Of a stretch of DNA of 64,000 nt, positions 45,180 to 54,542 are shown in pieces. Position 1 is the first letter of the stretch. Each line of letters begins with the position of its first letter. A program made the position numbers and the translations under genes. The DNA comes from a virus: IMG/VR virus record IMGVR_UViG_3300018080_000123, positions 49,607 to 113,606 of that record. The stretch is one strand, 5' to 3'. A model generated the notes under the pieces. The model was given only the letters and a program-made list of their open reading frames with translations, was not told where the DNA came from and ran no database searches.

Positions 45180-45914
45180 CTATACTCCTTTTTTTGATCC
45201 GTAGAGCCAAATATGGGCTCTCGTAGCGAAATTCCACCCAGCTCTTTTGCAAAGCTCAATAACCCAACTGGCTCTCTCCTTGAGCTGTTCATCGGTAATT
45301 CCTTGAGGCATCAGCCATATCTTGTCATCAGGAATACCGAAATCTCCCTGAAAGTCAACAATTTCTGATAAATCAGAAAAGTTATGCATGACAAATTTTA
45401 CCTGGTAGTCGACCCCATCGGCTAAAAAACTATTAATTACTTGATCAATCAATCTCCTTGCTTTCCAACAAGCCGAATTGCTTGACTCTAATTTTGGTGA
45501 AAGTGAAATAAATTGAGCCTTAGAAGGCCAATAAATTGTTCCATTAGTCTCAACCGTTATATAGTGCCCGTCTTCAACTAAAACATTAATTAAGTCAGCA
45601 ACAGACTTTTGCACGTATGGTTCGCCGCCCGTAACTACAACATGTTTACATTTGAACCTTTTAACTTTTTCAACAATCTCTTCTATTGTAACAAGATTTT
45701 TTTCTGGATTCCAACTACTGTGAGGAGTGTCGCACACAGTAAATGATCCGTCACTATTTTTCCACTTACATCTAAGATTACAGCCGCTTGTACGAATAAA
45801 TACAGAAGGGACACCGGTATATTTTCCTTCGCCTTGAATTGAATAGAAAATTCCCCCATCCCCCTCTTTGGTCAAATTAATTTTTTTGTCAAGGCGACTA
45901 TCTCTATTTTTCAT
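45180..45914 (-). CDS. queE: 7-carboxy-7-deazaguanine synthase (radical SAM)
   Basis: FYSIQGEG, FIRTSGCNLRC-x11-CDT, VTGGEP, ETNGT and SPK. Confidence 0.92.
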   Translation of the reverse strand: MKNRDSRLDKKINLTKEGDGGIFYSIQGEGKYTGVPSVFIRTSGCNLRCKWKNSDGSFTVCDTPHSSWNPEKNLVTIEEIVEKVKRFKCKHVVVTGGEPYVQKSVADLINVLVEDGHYITVETNGTIYWPSKAQFISLSPKLESSNSACWKARRLIDQVINSFLADGVDYQVKFVMHNFSDLSEIVDFQGDFGIPDDKIWLMPQGITDEQLKERASWVIELCKRAGWNFATRAHIWLYGSKKGV

Positions 45915-46464
45915 TGAATGCTATCTCTCTTACTAAAATGAAGTCATTAACAGTTTGATTCCAAGCCCTCTCATTCTGATTATACAGGAGATATGCTGGA
46001 TGAAAGACTGGAACAATTTTGCATTGGATCCCGCTATAATAAGCGTTAAAAACCTTACCTCTTGATTTTGTAATACGTTGAAAATAGCCCCCCAGCAAAC
46101 ATTGGCTCGCAATTCTCCCAACTGTTACAATGACTTTTGGAGCGACTGCTTTAATTTGTTGCTCTAACCAATCAGCGCACGCTCTCACCTCATCGAGTTC
46201 AGGATCCCTGTTGTTAGGAGGCCTACACTTCACAATATTAGTAACATAAATGTTGTCATTTAAATTAAGTTGTGCTTGTTCCAATATCTTTTCTAAAACC
46301 TGCCCCGCTTTTCCCACAAACGGGAGTCCGGTTCTGTCCTCATCTGCTCCGGGGGCTTCTCCGATCAACATAATTCGAGACTCCAGTTTTCCTCGCGAAA
46401 CTACTACCTGAGTCCGCCCTAAACAAAGCTTACATCTTCGGCAATTTTTTAGATGATCAAACAC
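45904..46464 (-). CDS. family-4 uracil-DNA glycosylase (4Fe-4S)
   Basis: CRRCKLC, IGEAPGADED, PFVGKAG, VKCRPPNNR and HPAY. Confidence 0.9.
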   Translation of the reverse strand: MFDHLKNCRRCKLCLGRTQVVVSRGKLESRIMLIGEAPGADEDRTGLPFVGKAGQVLEKILEQAQLNLNDNIYVTNIVKCRPPNNRDPELDEVRACADWLEQQIKAVAPKVIVTVGRIASQCLLGGYFQRITKSRGKVFNAYYSGIQCKIVPVFHPAYLLYNQNERAWNQTVNDFILVREIAFNEK

Positions 46465-46873
46465 TCAAATCCTCTATTGTAGCATAACTATTCGCCGTTT
46501 CCCATAATCGAACTTTTTTAAGATTAACCGCGTCTGGTAGGCGGACCCATATTCTCTTCCAAAAGTCTTGAACCATATTTTCGCAAGTGGTTATATAAGG
46601 AAGTTCTTGGTTGAGAAACCTGTGATCGCACTCGCTAACAATCTCTTCTTGAATAATGCTCTTTAAATCTTTAAAATTAATAACAAAACCGTTTTCATCC
46701 ACCGGACCGATAACAGTAACCTCTAAAGTATAAGTATGTCCGTGTCCAACACAATCCTTATCCCTATAGCAAGCTCCATATATCTCTTGATTCTGCTTTT
46801 CGGTCAGATGATCATTCCAAAGCTTATGTCCGGCCTCGAACTGAACAATTTTAGTAACCGAAACTCTTTTCAC
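46457..46873 (-). CDS. queD: 6-carboxytetrahydropterin synthase
   Basis: FEAGHKL, GHGHTY, DHRFLN, TTCEN and RLWET. Confidence 0.88.
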   Translation of the reverse strand: MKRVSVTKIVQFEAGHKLWNDHLTEKQNQEIYGACYRDKDCVGHGHTYTLEVTVIGPVDENGFVINFKDLKSIIQEEIVSECDHRFLNQELPYITTCENMVQDFWKRIWVRLPDAVNLKKVRLWETANSYATIEDLSV

Positions 46874-47088
46874 GCTTCCCCCTTTCTAGCCCAACGTCTC
46901 CTATTAAACAAAACATGTCGAGCTGCTTCGACATCTTCATCCGTAAACCAAGTGTTGGAATTCGTCTCTGCTTGCCAAATCATCCACTTTAAATAGCCGC
47001 TAGAAACAAATTTAAAAGGGGTTCCTCTGTGCCTACCAAACTCTAAAAAATGATCTACGTAGCGATTCCCCTTTTTACGTTTATTCAT
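46870..47088 (-). CDS. small ExoX C-terminal/DUF3820-like protein
   Basis: FGRHRGTPF...GYLKWM. Confidence 0.55.
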   Translation of the reverse strand: MNKRKKGNRYVDHFLEFGRHRGTPFKFVSSGYLKWMIWQAETNSNTWFTDEDVEAARHVLFNRRRWARKGEA

Positions 47089-47096
47089 AATTTCTC

Positions 47097-47642
47097 CTAA
47101 TAATTACTCCAATCAATATCACTAAGATTATAGTAAATCAGCGACTTTGAATTTCCTTCCTCATCCTTATAATGATCTTTATACACGCCTGGAAGGCGTT
47201 TTTGAGTCATAATTCTCTTTCCGATATTAATCAAAAGGCATTTGACGTACATATAGATGTAAGTAGATTTTTTTCCAATCTTCAAAAGTTCTTCATCGAC
47301 AAATTTCTTCAGCTCTTTGATATCATCAACCGAGTCAATATATCGGTTAAGCTCTTCTTTCTTTTCAAGAGCCCGACGCGACCTCCTAATATATCCTTTT
47401 GCACTTTCTCTCAAAGAATCGATACAACACTCCTCTCGACACCTTTCTTTGTTCTTGAGTCTTTCGGCAGTGTGTCTCTCGCAATCTAATAGAGCGCGGA
47501 CAAGAAATAAATTACACTCTTGGATTAAATCCCTTTTTTCCATTGCAAGCAAATGGAGATTATGAATTTTTTGTTTGTTGACCAGGTCATAAACAAAATC
47601 CCTGTACTTCATAAACTCTTCGGTTAGCTGTTTATTATCCAT
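47097..47642 (-). CDS. sigma region-2-only factor (putative phage sigma)
   Basis: RDLIQECNLFLVRA resembles sigma 2.2 EDLIQEGNIGLIRA; KSTYIYMYVK resembles 2.3 FSTYATWWIR; no region 4. Confidence 0.55.
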   Translation of the reverse strand: MDNKQLTEEFMKYRDFVYDLVNKQKIHNLHLLAMEKRDLIQECNLFLVRALLDCERHTAERLKNKERCREECCIDSLRESAKGYIRRSRRALEKKEELNRYIDSVDDIKELKKFVDEELLKIGKKSTYIYMYVKCLLINIGKRIMTQKRLPGVYKDHYKDEEGNSKSLIYYNLSDIDWSNY

Positions 47643-47662
47643 AATGTCCTCCCTCACTCTAA

Positions 47663-48655
47663 TTATAGCTTATAATAATTATAAGTGCAAGCACTTTTTG
47701 CAAAATTAACTATTTCTTCCGGAGAGAAGTCCCCAGGATCTCTGCCGTCTGGGAATCTAATAACAAAAATGTCGTAAAAAGGGGCAAGTATTTTTGCCGT
47801 TTCATCTATCGCTTCAATAGCATCAGAATCTAAAGCTACAATAACAGTTTCAAGATTGGGAATCTCTCTAATCAATCGAAGCTGATATTCAGATAAAATA
47901 CTTCCAAACTGAGCGACTGCATTGATCCGATGAGCTTTAATTGCATCTACAGGGCCTTCAACAATAGTAACCAGCTTTTTATCTCTTACATTATCATAAT
48001 TGAAAAGAGCCTTAGACTTTTGAAACCCTTTTGATGTTAGAGCTTTTGGATATTTAGAATCGGCTTTCCACCTATTAGTAATATCTCTTCCTTGATATCC
48101 GACAATCTTGTCATACATTTTTACAGGAAAAATAACTCTTTTCATTTCTGGACAATATCTCAGATCAAATTTTCTTGCTAGATCTTTATTAATTCCTCGC
48201 GATTCTAAATAGAGAAACCCTTCTCTATTTGCCCTGTGCGATCTCTCAAAATCGTAGAAATTATATGGCAAAATAATTTCCGGTAAAGTCTCAAGCTTAA
48301 TTTTTTTGTCTTTGCTACTATAGGGGTCTTTCAACTCACCACTTAGGACAACTGGAAGCTTTTTTCGTTTTCCAACAATTTTATAGAAAGCTTGCCAATA
48401 TGTAGTGTTGTCTATATAGGCTACAAGATGAGCTAAATTTTGTCCAATTCCGAATCTACAGCTCTTCCTAAAACACTGAAATTGTTTTGTATCTTGATTA
48501 ACGTAAAACTTTTTTGATCTTCCGCACTTGGGGCATTTTTCAAATATGAGTTGAGATCCATTTTCTTCAAATTCAATTCCATTGTCAACAAGAAAGCCTT
48601 TTAAATCAAAGCTAGAGCATCTTTTCAAAAAGTATTGATATTTATGATCACTCAT
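47663..48655 (-). CDS. dnaG: DNA primase
   Basis: Zn finger CPKC...CFRKSC, YLESRGI, YQGRD, Toprim IVEGPVDA and LDSD. Confidence 0.88.
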   Translation of the reverse strand: MSDHKYQYFLKRCSSFDLKGFLVDNGIEFEENGSQLIFEKCPKCGRSKKFYVNQDTKQFQCFRKSCRFGIGQNLAHLVAYIDNTTYWQAFYKIVGKRKKLPVVLSGELKDPYSSKDKKIKLETLPEIILPYNFYDFERSHRANREGFLYLESRGINKDLARKFDLRYCPEMKRVIFPVKMYDKIVGYQGRDITNRWKADSKYPKALTSKGFQKSKALFNYDNVRDKKLVTIVEGPVDAIKAHRINAVAQFGSILSEYQLRLIREIPNLETVIVALDSDAIEAIDETAKILAPFYDIFVIRFPDGRDPGDFSPEEIVNFAKSACTYNYYKL

Positions 48656-49973
48656 ACTTTGCATCTATTTCCTCCAAAGTCACTTCTGTTTGCATCAATT
48701 CTGGATCATGAGTGATGATTCTCGACATATTCATTTCGCATAAAACTAGCTTTCCAGTCCTTCCGTCTCTTTGCTTATCAAGGCATAAAACAAATTGACC
48801 CTCTTTGTATGGGTTAATTGTAAAAATAGTCTCCGATACTTGAGCTATCCCAATACACTCGCTCACACTAACAGAGCGAACAATCTTAAAACTATGGGAT
48901 TGTTTATGTCCTTCTCTATTAAATTGAGCTGCAGTAAGAATAGCAATATCCAATTCGGCCGACATTAGATCAAACGTATCCCACACCTCTTGTTGATTGT
49001 GTCTTTTTTCTGAATATCTTTTTCGAGGATTAAGCTTCTGACCATAATCACACACCAACATATCACAGGGGAATTCTTTCATCTTAAACTTTACATAATC
49101 GTACACGTCTTCTACGCTTACACCTACTTTTCTCATTGGTTTAATAATGATATGATCACTTAAAAATTTTCTGGCCTTATCAATAAGCACCTTTTCTTCA
49201 GAAGAAGGCGGGCTTGAAATAATTTTGTTATATGGAATAAGAGTAACTCGGCTAAGGAAACGAGAAAGAATTTGCTCCCTCCGCCCCTCATGAAATATGA
49301 ATATCACCTTTTTTCCTACTCTAGCAGCATGATAGGCACAATTAATCAGCATCGAGGTTTTGTAAGAATTATAGCCGCCAATGATAGTCGTCACCGACTG
49401 TTTCGGAATTCCTCCTTCTAGATATTGATCGAAGATAGGAATTCCAATCGGAATCTTATTTACATTAATATGTCTAACCTTATCAAGAATAGAATAGATT
49501 TCGCTCACCTCAATTATATCATCTTTAACAAAATCAACCTGTCTAATCTCATTAATTTGATTTTGAGTATAGCTGTAGGCTTTTTCAAACTGAGCATTAT
49601 TAAACAAATTAGCAGAAGCCGAATGCGCAATTTTGAATCTATTTAACCGAATAAAATCTGTCAGCTTTGTCTTAATGTACTCTTTATTTTTAACATCTGC
49701 ATCGGCAACCGCTATAACAAGAGCCCGATAGTTTTCTCTTTCTTCTGGAACTACTTTGTTAAGCTCTTCTTTGAGAAACACGTTTGAAGGGAGCGCGTTC
49801 CATTGTTCATAGTATCTTTTGATAGTATTGAACACCCAAGAAAGATAGACATTCTCGAAGTAAGAATCCTGTAAATAGGTGATTGCTTTGCTACAAAAAT
49901 ACTCCTCTGTTAACATCAACCTAAGGATTGATCGTTGAAAATCTTTAGTAAATGGAAACTTCGCTTCGGACAT
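48648..49973 (-). CDS. dnaB: DnaB-like replicative helicase
   Basis: Variant Walker A GGYNSYKT, FHEG, VCDY, AAQFNRE and DKQRDG. Confidence 0.85.
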   Translation of the reverse strand: MSEAKFPFTKDFQRSILRLMLTEEYFCSKAITYLQDSYFENVYLSWVFNTIKRYYEQWNALPSNVFLKEELNKVVPEERENYRALVIAVADADVKNKEYIKTKLTDFIRLNRFKIAHSASANLFNNAQFEKAYSYTQNQINEIRQVDFVKDDIIEVSEIYSILDKVRHINVNKIPIGIPIFDQYLEGGIPKQSVTTIIGGYNSYKTSMLINCAYHAARVGKKVIFIFHEGRREQILSRFLSRVTLIPYNKIISSPPSSEEKVLIDKARKFLSDHIIIKPMRKVGVSVEDVYDYVKFKMKEFPCDMLVCDYGQKLNPRKRYSEKRHNQQEVWDTFDLMSAELDIAILTAAQFNREGHKQSHSFKIVRSVSVSECIGIAQVSETIFTINPYKEGQFVLCLDKQRDGRTGKLVLCEMNMSRIITHDPELMQTEVTLEEIDAKYE

Positions 49974-49974
49974 A

Positions 49975-51564
49975 TTAATCGACCTCTGCTACGCTTCCGC
50001 CACATGTGGCCAGCAGTCCTGCAATACTAAGAGCATTGATAAGAGCTGACCTCACGACTTTAACCGGATCAATAATTCCATCTTTCATCATGTCAACTAT
50101 TTCATGAGATTTTGCATTATACCCGCTCTCATATTCTTCTTTGATCTGCGGAACGATTAAATCAGGGGCCCTTCCGGTATTTAAAATGATTGTTCGGATA
50201 GGAGCCTGTAAGGCGATATTCAGAATCTTTCCTCCGTAACTATCATAATCAAGCGTTTCTCGCGCACGATACAGGGCCATTCCACCCCCAGGAACAACCC
50301 CCTCACTAATTGCCGCTCTCGTAGCGTTTAAGGCATCCTCAACTCGATCCTTCTTTTCTTTCACTTCAATCTTTGTCGCCCCTCCAACACTAATAACTGC
50401 CATTCCATTGCTAAGTCCAGCAATACGTCCGCTAATTCTATCTTTGTCAAACTCAGAGAAAGCGTTTTTTCTAAGCTCTTTAAGAGAGTCAACCCTCTTT
50501 AAAATAGTTTCTTCGTCTCCACTTCCACCGTAGATGGTTGTAAAAAATCTTCCAGCAACTACTTTATCCGCGCACCCAATATCTTCAAGTGTGGCTGCTT
50601 CAAGAGATTTTCCCGCCTCCCCCAGAACATTGGCACCAACCATAATAGCAATATCTTCTAACATCAAAGCTCTCTGATCGGTAGCGTCAGGAGATTTAAT
50701 ACAGGCAACCTGAAGCCCTTGCATTCTTTTATTCAAAACCAACCAATTCAAAGCATCTCCAACAATATCGTTAGCAATAATAAACATCTTCATGCTCATA
50801 TCGGGAGGATCCCCCACGATCTTCTGAACAATGGGAACAATCTGGCTGAAACTACTTATTACACCATTGTAAACAATAATTGCTGGTTTTGTCAAAATAG
50901 CTTCTGCAGTTTCAGGGTTTGTTTGAAAATAATGATACCCAATTAATCCTCTAGCAATCTGAAAACCGTCAACCGTCCGTAAATTTGTCTCCCGAGAAAC
51001 GCCTTCCTCGACAACAATAACTCCGTCCTCTCCAACGGTTTCGATTGCTTCGTTGATAATTTGTCCAATCTCTATATTATTGTTAGCAGAGATTTTTCCT
51101 ACATTGATAATCTCTTCTCTGGTTTCAACTTTTTTTGCATGATCAATCAAATTATCCAAAACGGCTTTTGCCTGTAGTTGAATCTGATCAAACAAATTTT
51201 GAGGCTCTTCTCCAATTTCAATGTACTTGAGGGCTTCGTTAAAGATAGCTTCTGCAAGGACAATGGCAGTTGTTGTCCCATCTCCTGCCTCGTGATTGGT
51301 TTTTCGTGCTACATCTTTAATAGCCTGAAGAGCATTATTCTCATGAACTTCCTCAAACCTCTTGATATATTCAGCGACCGTTACTCCGTCTTTCGTCACT
51401 AAGGGGTTTAAAGGGCGACCCGAAGGATCTTGGCCCTCGCGCTGGAGAATAATTGGGAGTCCGCCAGGTCCAAGGGTTCTCTTAACCATTCGAGCAAGCT
51501 TATTAATCCCATCTCTAAGGCTTGTTCGAAGTTCTTTTCCATCTAAAACATCTGTATGTCTCAT
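49975..51564 (-). CDS. groEL: chaperonin GroEL
   Basis: TLGPGG, TKDGVTVA, AGDGTTTA, EKKDRVEDALNATRAA, GVVPGGG and GIIDP; no GGM tail. Confidence 0.95.
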   Translation of the reverse strand: MRHTDVLDGKELRTSLRDGINKLARMVKRTLGPGGLPIILQREGQDPSGRPLNPLVTKDGVTVAEYIKRFEEVHENNALQAIKDVARKTNHEAGDGTTTAIVLAEAIFNEALKYIEIGEEPQNLFDQIQLQAKAVLDNLIDHAKKVETREEIINVGKISANNNIEIGQIINEAIETVGEDGVIVVEEGVSRETNLRTVDGFQIARGLIGYHYFQTNPETAEAILTKPAIIVYNGVISSFSQIVPIVQKIVGDPPDMSMKMFIIANDIVGDALNWLVLNKRMQGLQVACIKSPDATDQRALMLEDIAIMVGANVLGEAGKSLEAATLEDIGCADKVVAGRFFTTIYGGSGDEETILKRVDSLKELRKNAFSEFDKDRISGRIAGLSNGMAVISVGGATKIEVKEKKDRVEDALNATRAAISEGVVPGGGMALYRARETLDYDSYGGKILNIALQAPIRTIILNTGRAPDLIVPQIKEEYESGYNAKSHEIVDMMKDGIIDPVKVVRSALINALSIAGLLATCGGSVAEVD

Positions 51565-52073
51565 ATGTTGTCAATCCTCCTAAAATTCTCATCTCTCAGA
51601 TCCCACACTATAGTGGGCTCGCTGAAATATTGATCCCTAAACCTTTTGAATGTACTTGCATCTGTCTTAACTAAATAAAAATTATTAAAACAACACACAA
51701 AACCCCCATATCTAAACACGCAAATTGTATGCGATTTTTGCCACTGCTTTGGAATATAAGTATACATATAGCCTCGAATCTGAAGCTGTTTGAGAAGCTC
51801 AATTGCTAGAATTGCGAATCCATCACAGTCGTCTTTCTTTGTCTCGTAGACTTTGCCAGGATAACTAATTGAATCAAATAGCTTATTCCAGCTATCTTGA
51901 GTCCAAATAACCTGCCGAAGAATCCCTGCAACGTCAGCTAAATTCTTTACCTGAGGCATGGCGACATACTTGTATTTTCTCTCAAACAAAACCCGGTACC
52001 CTCTCGACCACCAATAACGCGGCCCGCTCAGCCAAAGTCCGGCAATAATTTTTATCAATAATCTCTTAATCAT
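51561..52073 (-). CDS. transglutaminase-like/papain-fold protein
   Basis: DDCDGFAIL (Cys) and SHTICVF (His). Confidence 0.55.
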   Translation of the reverse strand: MIKRLLIKIIAGLWLSGPRYWWSRGYRVLFERKYKYVAMPQVKNLADVAGILRQVIWTQDSWNKLFDSISYPGKVYETKKDDCDGFAILAIELLKQLQIRGYMYTYIPKQWQKSHTICVFRYGGFVCCFNNFYLVKTDASTFKRFRDQYFSEPTIVWDLRDENFRRIDNI

Positions 52074-52293
52074 CTTTAATGAACTCCCAATGATCCATGC
52101 ACATTAATTCCGGAGTGTCGGCTTTCCAACTGGGAAGTAATCTATTCGCTTGGTATATAGCATCAAAAGGATCTCCTGTACTAAAATTATATTCGAAACT
52201 CAAATAAAAATCAAGATCTTTTTTTGTTCTCGAACCAAGTTTATGCAACTTCTCTTGCCACTCTCTTCCTTTTTTAGATAGCCTAAGTTTCAC
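52066..52293 (-). CDS. hypothetical protein
   Basis: Packed ORF. Confidence 0.4.
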   Translation of the reverse strand: MKLRLSKKGREWQEKLHKLGSRTKKDLDFYLSFEYNFSTGDPFDAIYQANRLLPSWKADTPELMCMDHWEFIKDD

Positions 52294-52296
52294 TGT

Positions 52297-52629
52297 TCAC
52301 TTACACCTATTACAAACAGGATTTTCAAATTGATGCCACCCGCACTTCTCACACTCATAATATTGAACTTTCCTATTTTGATATCTAATAAGACATATTG
52401 GACATAAAATATGCTGATACTTGGGCAAATTATTCAAATCAACAAACTCAGCAATAGGTAATCTCCCGGTAAATAGCATTTTCAATCCTAGTCCAATACT
52501 TCTTATCCGATACCAAAAGATACAACAATATGAGTACCCCGAAGCTCTTCCTTTCTTAACAAAGTTTTTATCAACGAGTCCCAATATTCCCCTCAATGCT
52601 TTAATGCGAATTTGTCGCTTTGTTCTCAT
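52297..52629 (-). CDS. Cys-rich hypothetical protein
   Basis: CPIC, CEKC and CNRC. Confidence 0.45.
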   Translation of the reverse strand: MRTKRQIRIKALRGILGLVDKNFVKKGRASGYSYCCIFWYRIRSIGLGLKMLFTGRLPIAEFVDLNNLPKYQHILCPICLIRYQNRKVQYYECEKCGWHQFENPVCNRCK

Positions 52630-53057
52630 TAGTCAAGATCTCTCCCGCAAATCTTACAAATTCTTTTTCCGTTAATCATTGTCATTCCAGGCCGGCAAAA
52701 GTGATCTTGCTTACGTGTGGGGTCTTGGGCATTAGGAATAGTCGGAGCATTAAAAGGGTCATCAAAAAGATTATCAAGATCGAGATCTAGACGGCCATCA
52801 AAGGGCGAATCGGTAGATGACTCATAAGGGTTAAGCTGAGGGAGAGGATCGTCGGCTGAATTCCCATCATGATCTTGAACAGCGTCATAATTAATTATAT
52901 GATTCCCAATATTCACTACATCAATCAAAGTGGGAACCTCAATCCATCCCTCATCAACTCTAATAAGAATCTCCCCGTTGACCATCTTTCCGAGACTATG
53001 ATCCCAATAACTAGTTGCATGGATGGTCCCAACGGGAATATTAATTTTTATGTTCAT
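52629..53057 (-). CDS. hypothetical protein with C-terminal Zn ribbon
   Basis: HFC...CKICG. Confidence 0.5.
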   Translation of the reverse strand: MNIKINIPVGTIHATSYWDHSLGKMVNGEILIRVDEGWIEVPTLIDVVNIGNHIINYDAVQDHDGNSADDPLPQLNPYESSTDSPFDGRLDLDLDNLFDDPFNAPTIPNAQDPTRKQDHFCRPGMTMINGKRICKICGRDLD

Positions 53058-53298
53058 CCTTCTCTCCTTTTGCTAACTGTATTAATGCTCCTCTAATCTT
53101 AATAGCCATATGAAGCATAAAAACGCTATACAAAACAAAAAATCCCATAGCTAGACCCTTACCCAATAGAGCTGCTCCCATGCCAATCATGAATCCACAT
53201 CCAGACATCCAAGCAGATCCAATCATAGATATTCCACATTTTGCAAACAGCTTAGCTAAAGCCTCTCTTCCAACCTCTTCGTTATTCATGAATTTCAT
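53041..53298 (-). CDS. small two-TM membrane protein
   Basis: Two hydrophobic segments. Confidence 0.45.
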   Translation of the reverse strand: MKFMNNEEVGREALAKLFAKCGISMIGSAWMSGCGFMIGMGAALLGKGLAMGFFVLYSVFMLHMAIKIRGALIQLAKGEKDEHKN

Positions 53299-53545
53299 CC
53301 TTACTTGTTGCTAAAGTTTTCCAGTAAATTTTCGACGGACCGGGTCCTCTCCAATAATATCCAAACCTCCACTCTCCCGCGTTGTACTCTCGTTTAAGAA
53401 TATAATTACTTTGCCCGCCTCGAAAAAGAGAGCGGCGCTTTCTCTGTTGTTGCTTACTAAGAATATACTTAATAGCATTCCAATTACGCTCTCTCAATAA
53501 CATCACGCACCTCAAAAAGGAATGGCAGAAGGAATGATTGGACAT
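53282..53545 (-). CDS. hypothetical protein
   Basis: Packed ORF, start uncertain. Confidence 0.35.
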   Translation of the reverse strand: MSNHSFCHSFLRCVMLLRERNWNAIKYILSKQQQRKRRSLFRGGQSNYILKREYNAGEWRFGYYWRGPGPSKIYWKTLATSKDEIHE

Positions 53546-53745
53546 TCGATCTGCCTAATTTGTCGTTCAACCGCTGCTTTATGAAAACACAAAGCCTCCA
53601 GCCTAATACGATCTACGCTACTGGCGCTTGTTTGCTGTGCAATGAGCTTGTCAAGATCGACAAGCTGCTTTCTAAGATTTGTTAGCCTTCTATGCATAGC
53701 GAAATCAACGTAAATAATATTGCTTTGCATAAGTCCCTCCTTCAT
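53512..53745 (-). CDS. hypothetical protein (likely start MQSNII at 53730)
   Basis: GGAGG SD, TGTATAAT at 53748-53755. Confidence 0.5.
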   Translation of the reverse strand: MKEGLMQSNIIYVDFAMHRRLTNLRKQLVDLDKLIAQQTSASSVDRIRLEALCFHKAAVERQIRQIECPIIPSAIPF

Positions 53746-53758
53746 TCATTATACAATT

Positions 53759-54097
53759 TTAATCATACTTATCATACTCTTCTGGGTGCCCTCCGAGAAT
53801 TGTCAGCGACTTATAAAGTCGATCCGAATAAACGTCAATATTTTTAAGCAAATCTTCATTAGTCATGCCATAATATTTAACATCTACCCAGCTATGTTTG
53901 CCAATCCTAGTTGAACTGCGAATGCTTATTTCACAACTATTTACTCTTCCTAATTCCCAGTGATAATGTTCAATAACAACCTGGTGTGTAGTCCCAGAGA
54001 TTTTTTTGTAATACTGATCCGCGGTATTAAAAACATTTCGACCGCACTTCTTAAATCCTATTTCTTCTAATGCATTACAAAATTCTTTTTCATTCAT
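53759..54097 (-). CDS. hypothetical protein
   Basis: GGAGG SD, ATGA overlap. Confidence 0.5.
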   Translation of the reverse strand: MNEKEFCNALEEIGFKKCGRNVFNTADQYYKKISGTTHQVVIEHYHWELGRVNSCEISIRSSTRIGKHSWVDVKYYGMTNEDLLKNIDVYSDRLYKSLTILGGHPEEYDKYD

Positions 54098-54312
54098 TCT
54101 TGCACCTCCGCATCAAATACTCTAAGCCAATCACAACCATTTGACCACCAACAAGTCAGCCCTGCGTCCTCGTCTTCAAGCTTCCAGCCTCCTTCAAAAA
54201 GAGCTTTGACTTTTAAGGCTGCTCTTTTGGCTTGTTCATACGTTCGATGGACACTTACAACGGACCCTCCCTCATAATTTTCTCCATTCATAACAATATA
54301 AACTACCATCAT
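54094..54312 (-). CDS. hypothetical phage protein
   Basis: VYIV...YEG..VVSVH.T.E.A pattern common in small phage proteins. Confidence 0.55.
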   Translation of the reverse strand: MMVVYIVMNGENYEGGSVVSVHRTYEQAKRAALKVKALFEGGWKLEDEDAGLTCWWSNGCDWLRVFDAEVQE

Positions 54313-54542
54313 TTGATCTCCCCTTTTGAATATTTTTCATTGTATGCATCAACGATTCTACTAAGATTGTCTTTTAGCCTTTCCCATGCCTCATCCGACC
54401 ATGGATTTGGAGGGTCAACCTTAAACAGTCGATTAACAACTACATCAATGGTACAAGCAATATCGCCAAAGTCCGGGCATACTGAAAGCCCAAACCCAGT
54501 ATCATAAACAACGAGTTTTTTATACACTTGTTTTCCTTTCAT
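54309..54542 (-). CDS. hypothetical protein
   Basis: Coupled ORF. Confidence 0.5.
   Translation of the reverse strand: MKGKQVYKKLVVYDTGFGLSVCPDFGDIACTIDVVVNRLFKVDPPNPWSDEAWERLKDNLSRIVDAYNEKYSKGEIK

Noticed and set aside
40804-46873. que genes as auxiliary genes for tRNA queuosine, and purN for purine synthesis
   Set aside because: No queA, queG, queH or other pur genes; the TGT-fold protein lacks the C-terminal Zn site of tRNA TGTs; the context fits DNA modification
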